A stretch of DNA of 64,000 bases from a virus (IMGVR_UViG_3300025606_000003:1-64000), one strand, 5' to 3'; counted from the stretch's first letter, positions 9,633 through 20,258 are shown. Notes: generated by a model not told the origin, from the sequence alone. Translations and numbers: made by a program.

Positions 9633-11537
9633 TTAGGGGACAAACACGATACCGGTCATGCGTAACAGTCCGACCTCCGCGCCGTAGTTATCGGTGGCTC
9701 CGGCGCGACTGAGTGTCAGCAACACTGTATCGCCCTCAGAGACTGAGAAAACCGCGCTTTCAACCTCGACTGCGGTGTCGATGTTGATTGATGTTGTCGG
9801 CACTGTGAATGTCAGCGCGGCGTCGTTCGCGGGTAACGCCATTCCGCCGCTCGCGGGCCTCGCCAGCCGGCGGTAACTCATTGTCAGTGTTGGCAGTACT
9901 GCGGTAGCCCGACCAAACAGCTGCGCGCGGATTTTCATCTGCAGCGTTGCGCCCAAATTTGCGCCGGGCACATTTAACCGCACCCGCAGCAGCGATGTCT
10001 GCCCGGCTGGGAAACCAAGATATGGAATGTCTTTGTAAAGCCGCTCAACCGTGTCCGACAGCCGAATGATTTGCGGCGAAATTTCGCGCTCTACAAGCTG
10101 ATCGTTATATGAAACTGTAACGAGGCCTTGGTACAGCAGCGATGTATCGGTACCGGGCAGCCCAAGCGTTGTTTTTTCTGCCGCAGACAGCACGCGGCTT
10201 CGGGTGCCTGTAAGCGTCAGCGGTCCCGCGCCAAGGCGCAACCCCTCGGTCACCCACCCCTTGCGAAACTTGAAGTCGTTAGTGATCTGTTTGTACGCGC
10301 GGCCGCCTGCGATTTCAGTCGGGTCATCGACAATCGTGAGATTCAAGCCAAGTTGCAGGTCGCCTGTGGTTGCCTCACCGCCGTCACAACTCTGCACAGT
10401 GATCGGACTATTTGCCGCAGGACGAAGGCTGGTTACAACACTGCGGTCATTTCCAAATACCATGCGCAGGAAAACAACGCTAAGGCGCATTGCTTCATTG
10501 CGCGGGCATTCAGGAGTAACGCCTTGCGCTGTTTCTGCCGCGCCATCAGACAAGCCATCTGTGCTTAGCGTCGCCGGCCAGGGCGCGTCGCCGTAGCAAT
10601 TGCTCATCCACCAGATCCCGTTAGCATCAACAACGCAAAGACCCGTTGTGCCCAGCGGGATTTCTGTAGCGCCGACTTTGTTTGCGCCCTTGTCCCACAG
10701 CAACGCAACGGCTTGCAATGGCAGAGGCGGCCACACGCTAGACAGCTCTGGGTGCTGTGCCAGGTTGTAACCGAACGCTGCGCCGACGGGTGCCCGCCCA
10801 TTGAAACTTGCGTGATTTGCCGGCAGCCAGCCTTTACGCAAAACAGTCGGGTTTGTGATTGCGTGTTGTCCACTCGAGGCCGCTGTGGTCGGATTGTGCG
10901 TGCCGGCGGGCCGCGCTACCAGTTCAAACCGGTAGTGCACATGATCTTCAAGGAAATCGCGTGTCTGCGGCGCCACGATAACCCAGGGCGTATCAGCAGA
11001 GCAGGCGTCTTTGGGCCCGAGTACGTGGCATACCGTAACGGTGACAGGCGGCCGTTGCTTAACGAGTTTGCCAGGCTCAACCGCCGACAGATAATACTTA
11101 CCGGGCGCAATTGGGCCGGTAATCGCATTTGCAAGATCGTTCGCCAACCCGGGAGCAGCGGGCGGGAAGCGTACGATGCCTTGCAGCACAATGTCGCCGA
11201 GTGTGCTTGATTTTTTGTTGAAACAGAGCCCAACGCAATCTGAAGACGGCGTTGTAATTAGCGTTTGCGTTGTTGCGTTGTTCTCGACTGCCGCCAGCGC
11301 TTTCTCATAACACTGCGTCGTCGCGTTCCAGTACACTGGTTGCCCGGGCAGCACGTCAGGCGCAATCGTAGCGCCTGTATCAAACACCGCTCGGCCAAGC
11401 TCCGCGGCGTCTAAGCGGTGCTTAAGGTACTCAGTGCGGTCCGCAAGCGTACGGTCAGGTCGCGATACAACGCCGGCCTCTACTGGCTCTCCGGCGGCGA
11501 CGTGCTTGATATTGTTCAGCCAGTTGTTGTTGGACAT
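9633..11537 (-). CDS. Tail fibre / baseplate-attached fibre protein
   Basis: 634 aa. N-terminal GEPVEAGVVSRPDRTLADRTEYLK matches the common LANRTxYLK fibre-attachment motif; lies downstream of the wedge genes. Confidence 0.65.
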   Translation of the reverse strand: MSNNNWLNNIKHVAAGEPVEAGVVSRPDRTLADRTEYLKHRLDAAELGRAVFDTGATIAPDVLPGQPVYWNATTQCYEKALAAVENNATTQTLITTPSSDCVGLCFNKKSSTLGDIVLQGIVRFPPAAPGLANDLANAITGPIAPGKYYLSAVEPGKLVKQRPPVTVTVCHVLGPKDACSADTPWVIVAPQTRDFLEDHVHYRFELVARPAGTHNPTTAASSGQHAITNPTVLRKGWLPANHASFNGRAPVGAAFGYNLAQHPELSSVWPPLPLQAVALLWDKGANKVGATEIPLGTTGLCVVDANGIWWMSNCYGDAPWPATLSTDGLSDGAAETAQGVTPECPRNEAMRLSVVFLRMVFGNDRSVVTSLRPAANSPITVQSCDGGEATTGDLQLGLNLTIVDDPTEIAGGRAYKQITNDFKFRKGWVTEGLRLGAGPLTLTGTRSRVLSAAEKTTLGLPGTDTSLLYQGLVTVSYNDQLVEREISPQIIRLSDTVERLYKDIPYLGFPAGQTSLLRVRLNVPGANLGATLQMKIRAQLFGRATAVLPTLTMSYRRLARPASGGMALPANDAALTFTVPTTSINIDTAVEVESAVFSVSEGDTVLLTLSRAGATDNYGAEVGLLRMTGIVFVP

Positions 11538-11566
11538 CCGTGTCCTCCAAAGCGTCCGTGCCCGTA

Positions 11567-12193
11567 TTATTCAAACGCGATATCCCACGTGATCCCAATT
11601 TGTGCTGACGCTTCTTTGGTCACCTGGTCGCCAGACGCGAACGTTGTACGCGCAAAAATCACGTCTTGTGTGGCGTCGCTGAAGTTGGGCGTAGCTACGA
11701 GCGCCGCCGCGGAGATCTTGCTGTTTACCGAGTGGCTAAACGACTTGCCGTGGACGCCAAGCAACCCGGAGGTTTGCGCAAAAAACGTAAGCTGGTTGCC
11801 CGACTGTCCAACCGTGAAATAGTCTTCGTAATCCGTTGAAACACCAAGCGTCGGCTCGAGGCGGAGCGGGACACGCAGAAAATCCTGCGTGGCGCTGCTG
11901 ACCAGGTCGTTGTAGTAATCCAGGTTTAGGTCACGACCAAAAGACGCCACTGTTAGCGGATCCTCGGGAGCACCGACGTTTTCAAATTCGATATACATAG
12001 CCGAGATGTGGTACGACGGCCTGCCGGCTTGCGGCCGGAAACCCAGCTGCCGGGCGGCGATGTGACCCCACGAATACTGGATTTGATTGGGTTGGCTGTG
12101 CAGCGGCGTCAGCACGCCGTCCGCGGTGACACGCCAAAGGCTGACATGCCCGCGAACGCCCGAGCCGTTTTTTCCAACCTTGTCAGCCGCCAT
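11567..12193 (-). CDS. Baseplate/tail-collar protein
   Basis: 208 aa. C-terminal AALV...IFARTTF...K...ITWDIAF pattern typical of tail-collar/wedge proteins; gene order. Confidence 0.5.
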   Translation of the reverse strand: MAADKVGKNGSGVRGHVSLWRVTADGVLTPLHSQPNQIQYSWGHIAARQLGFRPQAGRPSYHISAMYIEFENVGAPEDPLTVASFGRDLNLDYYNDLVSSATQDFLRVPLRLEPTLGVSTDYEDYFTVGQSGNQLTFFAQTSGLLGVHGKSFSHSVNSKISAAALVATPNFSDATQDVIFARTTFASGDQVTKEASAQIGITWDIAFE

Positions 12194-12202
12194 GATAATT
12201 CC

Positions 12203-13819
12203 TCATTGGCACGTTCCGGAGAACACACGTACGGTAGCGCCTTTATCGGTCAGCAGATCCACTCCAACAGTGTCTGTTTTGGGCGCTGCTCCAGTGAAAA
12301 ACGCCAGGTTTTCAGTCAGGTTTTGCGTCCCATCTAACGTGTCCCGCTGCGCGCCAAGGTCGTAAATTACGATCATGGCGGCGCCGGGGGGTAACAACTG
12401 CCGCAGGTGTCTGATATTGTACAGACCAAGCCGATTTTGCCCCAATTTGGCGCCTTTGATTCGTACAAGAAATACGTTGTTGCGCAGAATATTTGCCACA
12501 ATAAACTGCAGCGGGTTAATAGTTGACGGAAGGTGCTGCGGCCCAGGTTCGTCGACCGGATAAACCTGTGGATCTGTTACGTAGCCCGGCTGTGCCCGCT
12601 TGTCGAGGTAGTGAGCCAGCGTGCAACGGCGCGGGCGTGTTTTGTCGCACAGATCGAGCGGTTTTAAGGCCGCTTCAACGCCGCGCATGTGCAACTCGTC
12701 AAAAAACCGTGTGACATCGGCCGGAAAACCCCCCAAACCGAAGCTGACGTACGTGTAGCCGCTAGGGTGCGCGGTATTTACCTCCAGCGGCACGTTTTTG
12801 TTCTCAAAAACCAGGTCTGAGTAAAAGCACGTGGCCAAAAAGCTGTTATCTAAAGCCAGCGCGCTGACTTCTGCCGGAATTTGCCCGGCTGTCAGCTCGT
12901 AAATCTGCAATGCGTCGATCAGCGGCGCGCCGGCGCGCAAAATATCGCCAACAGCCGCGACCGGTGTGGCGGTAGCGGCAAACCTGTACACGTTTTTGTC
13001 GGTCGCAATGAACAGCCCGTGCGCGTCAAGCTGCATCGTTTCGACTGTTTCGCGGTCATCGAGCGCCACAGGCACGCCGCAAATAGCCGAAAAAGCCAAA
13101 TCAAGGTCTGCCGCAGCCGCTCCGCCACTCACGAGCCCGCTGAACACGGCGTTCATCAGGTCTTTGTAGCCTTGACTAGTGCTCAACCGCACGCCAAGCG
13201 CGTAACCGAACTGCGTAAACACGTAGTCGTAATCGAATTTACCGTGAAAAATCCAGATCGTGATTTCCTCATCGACGAGCTGGTTGCCAGCGTAAATAGC
13301 GCGCCGCAGAAAACCCGGGTTGTCAAACGGGTTTTCGATGAACACGATCGCGTTGCGCGATGTATCCAGCGCGTAATCAACGTTTTCAGTCAGCGCAGCC
13401 GTTGGAAAAAGCAGCTTGTTGAATATCTGCGGCGCCTCGGCTAGTTTCGCAGGCTTTGGAAACGCGTATGTTGTCCGCGCAATTGGGCGGTTAAACTGCT
13501 CTGGCGACTGATTAAATACCAGCGCGTCGATGTCAAAACGGGCCTGGCCGATTTTGCCCGCGTTCATTTGGCTTTTTCGCACCGTTAACGGCGTCCAGTG
13601 CTCGGTGTGATACAGCGGCACTTCGTAACGGCTCAGCGCCGCTACTGACTCGAGCAAATTTCGATGGGACTGAGCCGCTGTCGCGCCTGTAATTTCGGCG
13701 TACGAGGAAACTTGATCTACTGCCGTATACGTGCGCGCCCAGAAACTGCCGAGCAGCCCCAATAAGACGCGCGCCCGCTCAAAGTCGTTACCCGGGTAGA
13801 AAAACTGCTGTGCGGCCAT
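12203..13819 (-). CDS. Baseplate wedge protein (gpI/gp7-like position)
   Basis: 538 aa. Directly follows baseplate J; LRQLLPPG motif near the C-terminus. Confidence 0.5.
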   Translation of the reverse strand: MAAQQFFYPGNDFERARVLLGLLGSFWARTYTAVDQVSSYAEITGATAAQSHRNLLESVAALSRYEVPLYHTEHWTPLTVRKSQMNAGKIGQARFDIDALVFNQSPEQFNRPIARTTYAFPKPAKLAEAPQIFNKLLFPTAALTENVDYALDTSRNAIVFIENPFDNPGFLRRAIYAGNQLVDEEITIWIFHGKFDYDYVFTQFGYALGVRLSTSQGYKDLMNAVFSGLVSGGAAAADLDLAFSAICGVPVALDDRETVETMQLDAHGLFIATDKNVYRFAATATPVAAVGDILRAGAPLIDALQIYELTAGQIPAEVSALALDNSFLATCFYSDLVFENKNVPLEVNTAHPSGYTYVSFGLGGFPADVTRFFDELHMRGVEAALKPLDLCDKTRPRRCTLAHYLDKRAQPGYVTDPQVYPVDEPGPQHLPSTINPLQFIVANILRNNVFLVRIKGAKLGQNRLGLYNIRHLRQLLPPGAAMIVIYDLGAQRDTLDGTQNLTENLAFFTGAAPKTDTVGVDLLTDKGATVRVFSGTCQ

Positions 13820-13830
13820 AGCTCACCTGC

Positions 13831-15471
13831 TTAGTCGGCAAATCCGGCGGCTTTGAACGAAATCGAGATGTCCGCCTCGTTAACCAGAAACGCTGTTGTT
13901 CTGCCGGTAACCATATGGCCTGGGTCGTTTGGGATCTGCAGTACTGCGCTGTCCCGGATATAGCCCACAGAGCCGTCAGGTCTGCGGATGCGGCCAAACA
14001 TGTCGATGGCGCCCACAGACGCCCTGCCGCTCAAAAACGGCTGTACGGCCGCGCTAATGCGCGACGCGTGCAGCTGCCCTGAGAAGCCAACCTCGCGCAC
14101 GGCGGCGACGATGGCGGTCTTGATGGGGGCTGTGTCGGCCTCCGCGGCGTTAGCGTCTTTGCGGATGTCAAAAGATATCTTTGTGAAACACGGAACCGCG
14201 GCTTTGACGACTACATCGGCGGCCCGGGAGCGATTATCGCGGTCGGAAAGAAAATCTTGAATTTCTGCGATCAGCGGCAGGCTGGCTGTCGTCACCGAAT
14301 ACAAAGCTGTGCTGCTGTTGACTGTCAGGCCAGAAGAGCTGGTATCTGTGTCGACGAACTGGATTACAGCCGTCTGATAGCGCGTGTACGCGCTTTCGGG
14401 GCCGCGCAGGTCTGGGGCGAAATCCAGCCCGTCAAAATCGCGCGTCCGGTCGTCTCGGCTGATTGAATAGCCGGTAGCTGTTGTATCCAGCGGCCTCGCC
14501 ACCCGAACAACCTCGTAAAGGCCGGGCGCCAGATCACGCGGAATAGCGACTTGCCAGAGTGCGCCAGTGGCAGCTTGGCCCTTGTAGACAGCCGGCAAGA
14601 TATGCTCCCGCTCCTGCGCGCCGGCATTGGTCTGGCAATAGATATCTATCTTGCCGCCGCCTGAAATCGGAAACAGCCCGTGCTGGTCACGGAATTGCTC
14701 AGGGTCGCCGCAGCCCAAAACCGAGATGTGCGGGATGTTGGCAAACGCCGCCTGGTTGCGGATTGTCGCAATGTAGTTCTGCCGCCCGCCGATAACCTTG
14801 GCGGCCAGACCGCCTGACAATCGGCTAACGTAATCTGCGTTGCTCAGCGGCGCGGCGCCGTTAACAAAGTCAGACGCGGCGAAGGCCCGCGCCGAATTAT
14901 TGATGATCGTGTCGCAGGTCAATTTTGTGTTACGGCGAATGTTTCCACCTGTACCTACAACGACGGCCTGCACCAAAATGTTCACTGTGTATGTGCCATC
15001 CCCGACGGCCAACATTTCGCGCTCGTAGTCCTGTGTCGCGGTAGTTCCCGGCAGCAGCGCCACGAAAGACAACGTCGGTCGAAACTGAATACCGTCAGCC
15101 GAAAACGTGACAGCCGACGAAATTGTGGTTTGCACCGGCTGGTTCAGCACAATCGTCACTTCGCCAACAGCTCTGGCGCCGGTGTCTCGTGTCAGGTTGA
15201 AATTCGACAGCACCTTGTCGACCAGGGCGGCGTCAGCCAGTGCTGGATTTGCGTTGATCTGCTGCAGGCTGTTGCTGGCCAGCACGCGGGCGATGTTTTC
15301 GCGAATAGCGGCGTTCAAAGTGGCGTTGAGGTACACAACCAGATCGTGAAACACGCCGCGTGTCAGCTCAACGTCGGGGTGGCGTTCCTGCAGCAGTTGC
15401 GTGAACGTCGCAAACATTGCGTCAATTTGCGCGGTATCGAGCTCTTTCAGGCTGGTAATTTCCAAGGCCAT
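13831..15471 (-). CDS. Baseplate J (gpJ/gp6-like) wedge protein
   Basis: DVELTRGVFHDL...NFNLTRDTGARAVGEV...GGNI...GAAPLSNADYVSR pattern. Start moved to the ATG at 15471 (AGGTG SD). Confidence 0.85.
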   Translation of the reverse strand: MALEITSLKELDTAQIDAMFATFTQLLQERHPDVELTRGVFHDLVVYLNATLNAAIRENIARVLASNSLQQINANPALADAALVDKVLSNFNLTRDTGARAVGEVTIVLNQPVQTTISSAVTFSADGIQFRPTLSFVALLPGTTATQDYEREMLAVGDGTYTVNILVQAVVVGTGGNIRRNTKLTCDTIINNSARAFAASDFVNGAAPLSNADYVSRLSGGLAAKVIGGRQNYIATIRNQAAFANIPHISVLGCGDPEQFRDQHGLFPISGGGKIDIYCQTNAGAQEREHILPAVYKGQAATGALWQVAIPRDLAPGLYEVVRVARPLDTTATGYSISRDDRTRDFDGLDFAPDLRGPESAYTRYQTAVIQFVDTDTSSSGLTVNSSTALYSVTTASLPLIAEIQDFLSDRDNRSRAADVVVKAAVPCFTKISFDIRKDANAAEADTAPIKTAIVAAVREVGFSGQLHASRISAAVQPFLSGRASVGAIDMFGRIRRPDGSVGYIRDSAVLQIPNDPGHMVTGRTTAFLVNEADISISFKAAGFAD

Positions 15472-15478
15472 AACGCAC

Positions 15479-15946
15479 CTACGGCAGTGTTTCAATAGGC
15501 AAAATAACAGCGCGCGACAGACCGGCGCGACTGGTGATCATAACATGCAAGTTCATGTAGCCAGGCAACAGGGCGACAGACGTTAAATCAGCCGCGGCAA
15601 ACCGCTCGTCATCCGGCATGCCGGTGTACTCTTCAAGCAGCAGATTTCTCGTGATATACATGTTTTCAGTGTTGAACGCTGCAATTACGTCACTGCGTGT
15701 GCGCAGCGCCCCACGGCGAACCAGCGCCATAAACGTCGAGCCTCGTGTCGGCAGGCCGCGCATCGAGCCCAACTCAGTAAGAAATTCCAGCGCCCAGCGC
15801 TGCGCCAGTTTTTGAATACCGGTACAAATCTGCCCGCTCGTGTCGCCGTCGTACAGCGCGAGACCCAACTGCGCCTGGCCAGTCGCGCTGACATTGCGAA
15901 AAGCCAGGTAGTCGTATTTGCGGTTTGCGTAATCTGCAACAGTCAT
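15479..15946 (-). CDS. gp25/gpW-like baseplate (sheath-initiator) protein
   Basis: TGIQKLAQRW...LTELGSM...RGSTF...DDERF motifs; directly upstream of baseplate J. Confidence 0.75.
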   Translation of the reverse strand: MTVADYANRKYDYLAFRNVSATGQAQLGLALYDGDTSGQICTGIQKLAQRWALEFLTELGSMRGLPTRGSTFMALVRRGALRTRSDVIAAFNTENMYITRNLLLEEYTGMPDDERFAAADLTSVALLPGYMNLHVMITSRAGLSRAVILPIETLP

Positions 15947-15963
15947 ACGGTACCTCAAACCAG

Positions 15964-16470
15964 TTATGCGGTGCGGGCGGCCAGGGCTACATCTCGGTCA
16001 TCCGGCGCGCCGTGTGACTCGCCGGCTTGGATTACTTCTTCAACGCTGGCGAGGAAGTACGAAAAAACACTGTCGGGGTTTTGGCCGTGGCCGTCGAGGC
16101 GCCCGTGCATCAACGAGGCGCAGCGCGCGTAGCTCGCGTGCCGAAACCGAAATGCCCGCTCTTCGGTAGCCATAAAGTCAACTTGCCACTTGATGCCGAT
16201 GAGATCAGCCACCGTGCCGCCGGAACTTCCGGGCCCGCTTAGCACCTGCTCGGAGTACATCTCGTTCAGCTTGTTGCGGTTCCAGGCCGGCTCGTGCAGT
16301 GACGGGACATCCAGCAGGTCGCGCGTTTTGAGCGCCTGTGGCACAACCCACGGCCGAAAGTTGTCTAGCGTCTGAAACTGATCAGCCAGCTGCAGCGCTG
16401 TTGTTTCAAGCTCGATAATACGCGCGCTAAACGCTCCGTCAACCGAAGCTTTTTTTGTACCGTGACTCAT
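15964..16470 (-). CDS. Hypothetical protein
   Basis: 168-aa ORF with AGGAG SD, in operon order. Confidence 0.6.
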   Translation of the reverse strand: MSHGTKKASVDGAFSARIIELETTALQLADQFQTLDNFRPWVVPQALKTRDLLDVPSLHEPAWNRNKLNEMYSEQVLSGPGSSGGTVADLIGIKWQVDFMATEERAFRFRHASYARCASLMHGRLDGHGQNPDSVFSYFLASVEEVIQAGESHGAPDDRDVALAARTA

Positions 16471-16479
16471 GGCTGCTCC

Positions 16480-17292
16480 TTAAAATCCACCTTGGGTAAA
16501 CCGCTTATCGAGCATGGCTTGAATCTTGGCAGCGCGTTGACTTACGGCGCCTGATGTAATGTTCAAACGTTGCGCAATGTCTTGCGTGCTTGTGCGCCGG
16601 CGGCCGTTACGCCCAAGCGACATGTCCATGATTAATTTGTCTGTCGGGCCAAGATCTTCATAGACAAAGTTCATCCACGCTTGCGCACCGGTGTCGTGGC
16701 CCGGAATTTTGCTGGCGATATCCGCGTCTTCGTTTTCGTAGTCGTTTTCTGTCGTGGTAGTTCCCTCAGCCAGCGGCTGTTGAAACGCGCGAATCTTGCG
16801 AATGCGCCGCGAGGACAACATCGTGCTGTCAGCCAGCTCGTCGTCTGTGGGGTCGCGGCCAAGGCGATCGCGCAACTCGTTTTCGCTCTCTTGCAACCTT
16901 TGAAAGTCCAGACCGACCTGCTCCGGAATACGAATAATGTTCTGTTCTTGCGCGGTTATACGCCGCAGACTCTGTAACTGCGACAGCATGTGTGTGCGGA
17001 CGTTTCCGCGTTTCGGGTCGTACGTTTCCAGCGCTTTAAGTGCCATCAGTTTGGCGCGCGACCGAATTGTCGGTCCGGCGTTTCCGCCAGCGTAGCTTGA
17101 GACCGCCGTGTCGATAACTGGCTGCAGCGACGCCAGCACTTTTGTGTTTGTTGCAGGCGTGCGCTGTTTTTGCCACGCGGCGTAGGTGGTATCAAAATCT
17201 TCACTGACACCGTGCGGGCGGCTTGGTGCGGAAAACGGCGCCGGCACATCGCCCAAAATAGACGGCATGCCTTTGAGTTTGTCGTCTGGCAT
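16480..17292 (-). CDS. Sigma-70 family RNA polymerase sigma factor (regions 2, 3, 4)
   Basis: ALKALETYDPKRG and IIRIPE (region 2), LGRDPTDDELAD (region 3), STQDIAQRLNITSGAVSQ (region 4 HTH). AGGAG SD before the ATG at 17292. Confidence 0.9.
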   Translation of the reverse strand: MPDDKLKGMPSILGDVPAPFSAPSRPHGVSEDFDTTYAAWQKQRTPATNTKVLASLQPVIDTAVSSYAGGNAGPTIRSRAKLMALKALETYDPKRGNVRTHMLSQLQSLRRITAQEQNIIRIPEQVGLDFQRLQESENELRDRLGRDPTDDELADSTMLSSRRIRKIRAFQQPLAEGTTTTENDYENEDADIASKIPGHDTGAQAWMNFVYEDLGPTDKLIMDMSLGRNGRRRTSTQDIAQRLNITSGAVSQRAAKIQAMLDKRFTQGGF

Positions 17293-17294
17293 GA

Positions 17295-18953
17295 TTAACT
17301 CCTTATCGCAAGCGGCCCGCCAGCCCACGCATTTTTGTACAGCGGCGGCGCGTCACTTGTAAGCGTCGTGTTTTCGTTTTCTTCAGTCGTGCGGATATGC
17401 GCCACCGTAAAACTGGTGCCGGCTGTGGCGCGCTCTGCGTCAATTGCAAAAGCTACCTGCGTCACAGTTGCGTAGAGCACGTCAGGATCTTCTAAATCCA
17501 TGGGCGGCGTTTGAATACCGATAATGCTGCCCGGCGCGATATCAAATCGCAGTTTGCCGGACAGCTCGCCGTGACGCTGATAAAGCACTTCTGTTTTGTA
17601 CCAGTGCTCGGCAAATTTTGTGGCAGCCGCGCTGGTTTGCTGCGCGATTGTCGCTTCTGGGGCGGTGTAAAGATCCTCGGCTGTTGTCCGTGCGCCGCCG
17701 CGCGGTGTTGTAGTGTCTTTCGGGCTTCCTGCCGTGCCGGTGGCCCGCGGCGCAAAAGACGAGTTTGGCGTAATGTTCGTCATCCACGTTGGCGGTTCTT
17801 TCAATAGTTTAAAGCCGCGGATGTTTCTACCGGGCGCGTCTGTCGGCGGGTAAAACCCCAGCGGCAACTTGAATGTCGGCAGCGGTTTAAAATCGCGCCT
17901 GGCGCCAATTTGATAGCCGGTGTCAGCATTGGTCGAGTAAAAAATGTCGACGGATTCAAGTTGCTGCAAAACGCTGGCGTTAAAATTTGCGTAGTTGTAC
18001 TCGTCCGCAAGGATGGTTAAATACGGAACCCTTAAACCGGCAAAAAACGGAATAGGCAGCGCAAACTCCGCGCTGGGCGATATAGCGAAGTAAAACTGCG
18101 GTGCGTATTCACCGACAAGTTTGTTCCAAAAAGTCGTGTACGCAAAAGATTCTGTCGCGTCTTTTGCGATAGCCTGTTTGACAGCCCAGCTGACATTCGC
18201 TGTTTTCAAATCTTCGAGCGCAAGGCCTAGCGGTACGTAATAATCCCGGCCGGGGCCGTCCTTAGTCATTCGCTGCAACGCGTCAAGAACCGGCTGTTTT
18301 TGATCGTAAGTGGGGACCGCAGCGTCGTCTTGGTAGCGCGGTAAAGGCCAACTCGCGATCTTTTTGAAAATGGGGTACATCACGTTACCCCAGATGTCCG
18401 TGCTGATGTTGTCAATGTTGATGATCTCGCCGCGCGAGTCCAGCGACGGAATTGGACTGTGTTCTTTGTCAGCGCCGGCAGTACCCTCGGTATTTTGCAG
18501 CGCGTAATAGCCGGCGTTCTGCGCCAGGTCATACGGCGCTCCGGGAAACCAGTTCCCGTTCACCATCGAACCCTGGTTGACGTCGTCTAGCCAGTGCACG
18601 AGCTGCAGCGCGTAGTTAGCGCTGTTGTGGCTGCGCTGATAGCCAATACCGGCGTACTTGCCGCGAAAAATGACGTACGTGCCGGCATCCATCATGCTCG
18701 TGCGGCCGTCATGATTCGTGACTGACAGCGTCACGATAGCCAGCGCGCCGGGCTGCAGATCTTTACGCTGCTTGTGAATTGTGGCAGGCTCACCAGACCG
18801 CACTTCTTTGCCGGTTGCGACTGTGAGCGTAGCTGTGGGAATTGAGTTCAGGCCGAAAGATGCGCGAATCGACACGACGTCTGGGAAAACAACGTCGCCG
18901 ATCTGCGCCGAGATCCTGAATGACGATGTGATGTATGGATCAGTTGCCGCCAC
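17295..18953 (-). CDS. Baseplate hub protein (gp27/Mu gp44-like)
   Basis: 552 aa. N-terminal FGLNSIPTATLTV and C-terminal GELSGKLRFDIAPGS...VTQVAFAI; position downstream of the tape measure. Confidence 0.65.
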   Translation of the reverse strand: MAATDPYITSSFRISAQIGDVVFPDVVSIRASFGLNSIPTATLTVATGKEVRSGEPATIHKQRKDLQPGALAIVTLSVTNHDGRTSMMDAGTYVIFRGKYAGIGYQRSHNSANYALQLVHWLDDVNQGSMVNGNWFPGAPYDLAQNAGYYALQNTEGTAGADKEHSPIPSLDSRGEIINIDNISTDIWGNVMYPIFKKIASWPLPRYQDDAAVPTYDQKQPVLDALQRMTKDGPGRDYYVPLGLALEDLKTANVSWAVKQAIAKDATESFAYTTFWNKLVGEYAPQFYFAISPSAEFALPIPFFAGLRVPYLTILADEYNYANFNASVLQQLESVDIFYSTNADTGYQIGARRDFKPLPTFKLPLGFYPPTDAPGRNIRGFKLLKEPPTWMTNITPNSSFAPRATGTAGSPKDTTTPRGGARTTAEDLYTAPEATIAQQTSAAATKFAEHWYKTEVLYQRHGELSGKLRFDIAPGSIIGIQTPPMDLEDPDVLYATVTQVAFAIDAERATAGTSFTVAHIRTTEENENTTLTSDAPPLYKNAWAGGPLAIRS

Positions 18954-19734
18954 GTGTCTGGCTCCTGGCTTTTTCAGTGCGGTAAATCATGGCGAGTACC
19001 AGCCCGCCCATGCGATACACAGGACTCGGGTGATCGAACCACAGATTCTTAAACGTAGTGTATGGCTCAACCGGCGCAACACCGAAAAGCTCTAAAAACA
19101 ACGGCTCGCCTAGTAATTCCAGTGTCGGCAGCAGTGTTGTGACGGCCGGCGCCGGTTTTGCGATCGTTGTAACCGCCCAGCGCGCGCCGTTTTGCGGACG
19201 CGCAATTTTCAGCGTCAGCGCGTTGTCTGGAAAAGGAATTGCCGCTGTTAATCCGGCTGCCAGTGTAACCGGCGTCGTGCTGCGGGCACTCCCAATAACT
19301 GCCGAGATTGTCACCTGCGCGTCTTCAATAGCGACCATGTACTCGCGAAAACTCTGTCCAGCCCCGTTCAGCGCGGCCGGCTGGCCCTGCACGCTCAGGC
19401 GGCTCATGTTGCTGACCTCGGGGTCAATAGATATCTTTGCGGCGGCCGAAAAGAACGGCGCGTCAAGCGGCGGCCAGTATGTGACGCGGGGGTCCAACTG
19501 GTACACGAACTCCTGCAGCTCTGTTTCGTGCAAATATCGCATCAGCTCCTGCGCCCGGAAGTTCATGAAATAGCGGTCCGGCGCAGTACCGAACAAAATG
19601 CGCCGCGGAAGCTGCAGATATGTAGGTAACACAACCGGCACAAAGTTGGCCGGAATGTACTCTTCGCCAACGTACTGGGGCTGGCTGCTTGCGCCAGAAA
19701 CGTTCAACAGCAATGTGCGCGCGTGATTGATCAT
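18940..19734 (-). CDS. Hypothetical baseplate-region protein
   Basis: 264-aa ORF overlapping both neighbours. Confidence 0.55.
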   Translation of the reverse strand: MINHARTLLLNVSGASSQPQYVGEEYIPANFVPVVLPTYLQLPRRILFGTAPDRYFMNFRAQELMRYLHETELQEFVYQLDPRVTYWPPLDAPFFSAAAKISIDPEVSNMSRLSVQGQPAALNGAGQSFREYMVAIEDAQVTISAVIGSARSTTPVTLAAGLTAAIPFPDNALTLKIARPQNGARWAVTTIAKPAPAVTTLLPTLELLGEPLFLELFGVAPVEPYTTFKNLWFDHPSPVYRMGGLVLAMIYRTEKARSQTRGGN

Positions 19735-20258
19735 CCTGTGTACCCAATGTCGGTACGTGAAGAAGCGTCAAAGTCGACTGCAGTCGGCACGTCGGTTTGC
19801 GGCAGCACATTGAACTGTAACGCCCACTGGCCGACCAATACGTCAGGTCGCGGCAGTTCAAGCCGCATGCCCGTTAAAAAACCCCAAAGCGCGCCACACC
19901 CGCCCAGCGAAATAGCCATGGCGCGCCGGCTGCGCGACAGTTTGTTGGTCTGATAAAATGCGTGCAGTTCGCACATTGAGCCGCTGCCGCCGGCGGGGCC
20001 GCATGTCGGCGCAACGAACCCCATTCCAGACACGCGCAACTCGCCAACGCGGTCGCCAAACACGTATGCGTACACGAAGTTGTTGATTGTGTGCAGAAAT
20101 TGAAAGTTGCCAGACTGCTCCAGCGTAAAGCCAGTCACCGGTACAGACAGCATGCTGCCGTCAAACATGATCTTGAAAACAGCGCTGGCCTCGTCGGCAC
20201 AGTCAAGTTTTACTGTGTACACGGCGCCGTCACACTGTGTGAATACGCTAGTTGCCAT
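19731..20258 (-). CDS. Tail-tube-like initiator protein
   Basis: FQFLHTINNFVYAYVFGDRVGELRVSG tube-fold-like pattern, directly after the tape measure. Start set at ATG 20258. Confidence 0.55.
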   Translation of the reverse strand: MATSVFTQCDGAVYTVKLDCADEASAVFKIMFDGSMLSVPVTGFTLEQSGNFQFLHTINNFVYAYVFGDRVGELRVSGMGFVAPTCGPAGGSGSMCELHAFYQTNKLSRSRRAMAISLGGCGALWGFLTGMRLELPRPDVLVGQWALQFNVLPQTDVPTAVDFDASSRTDIGYTG

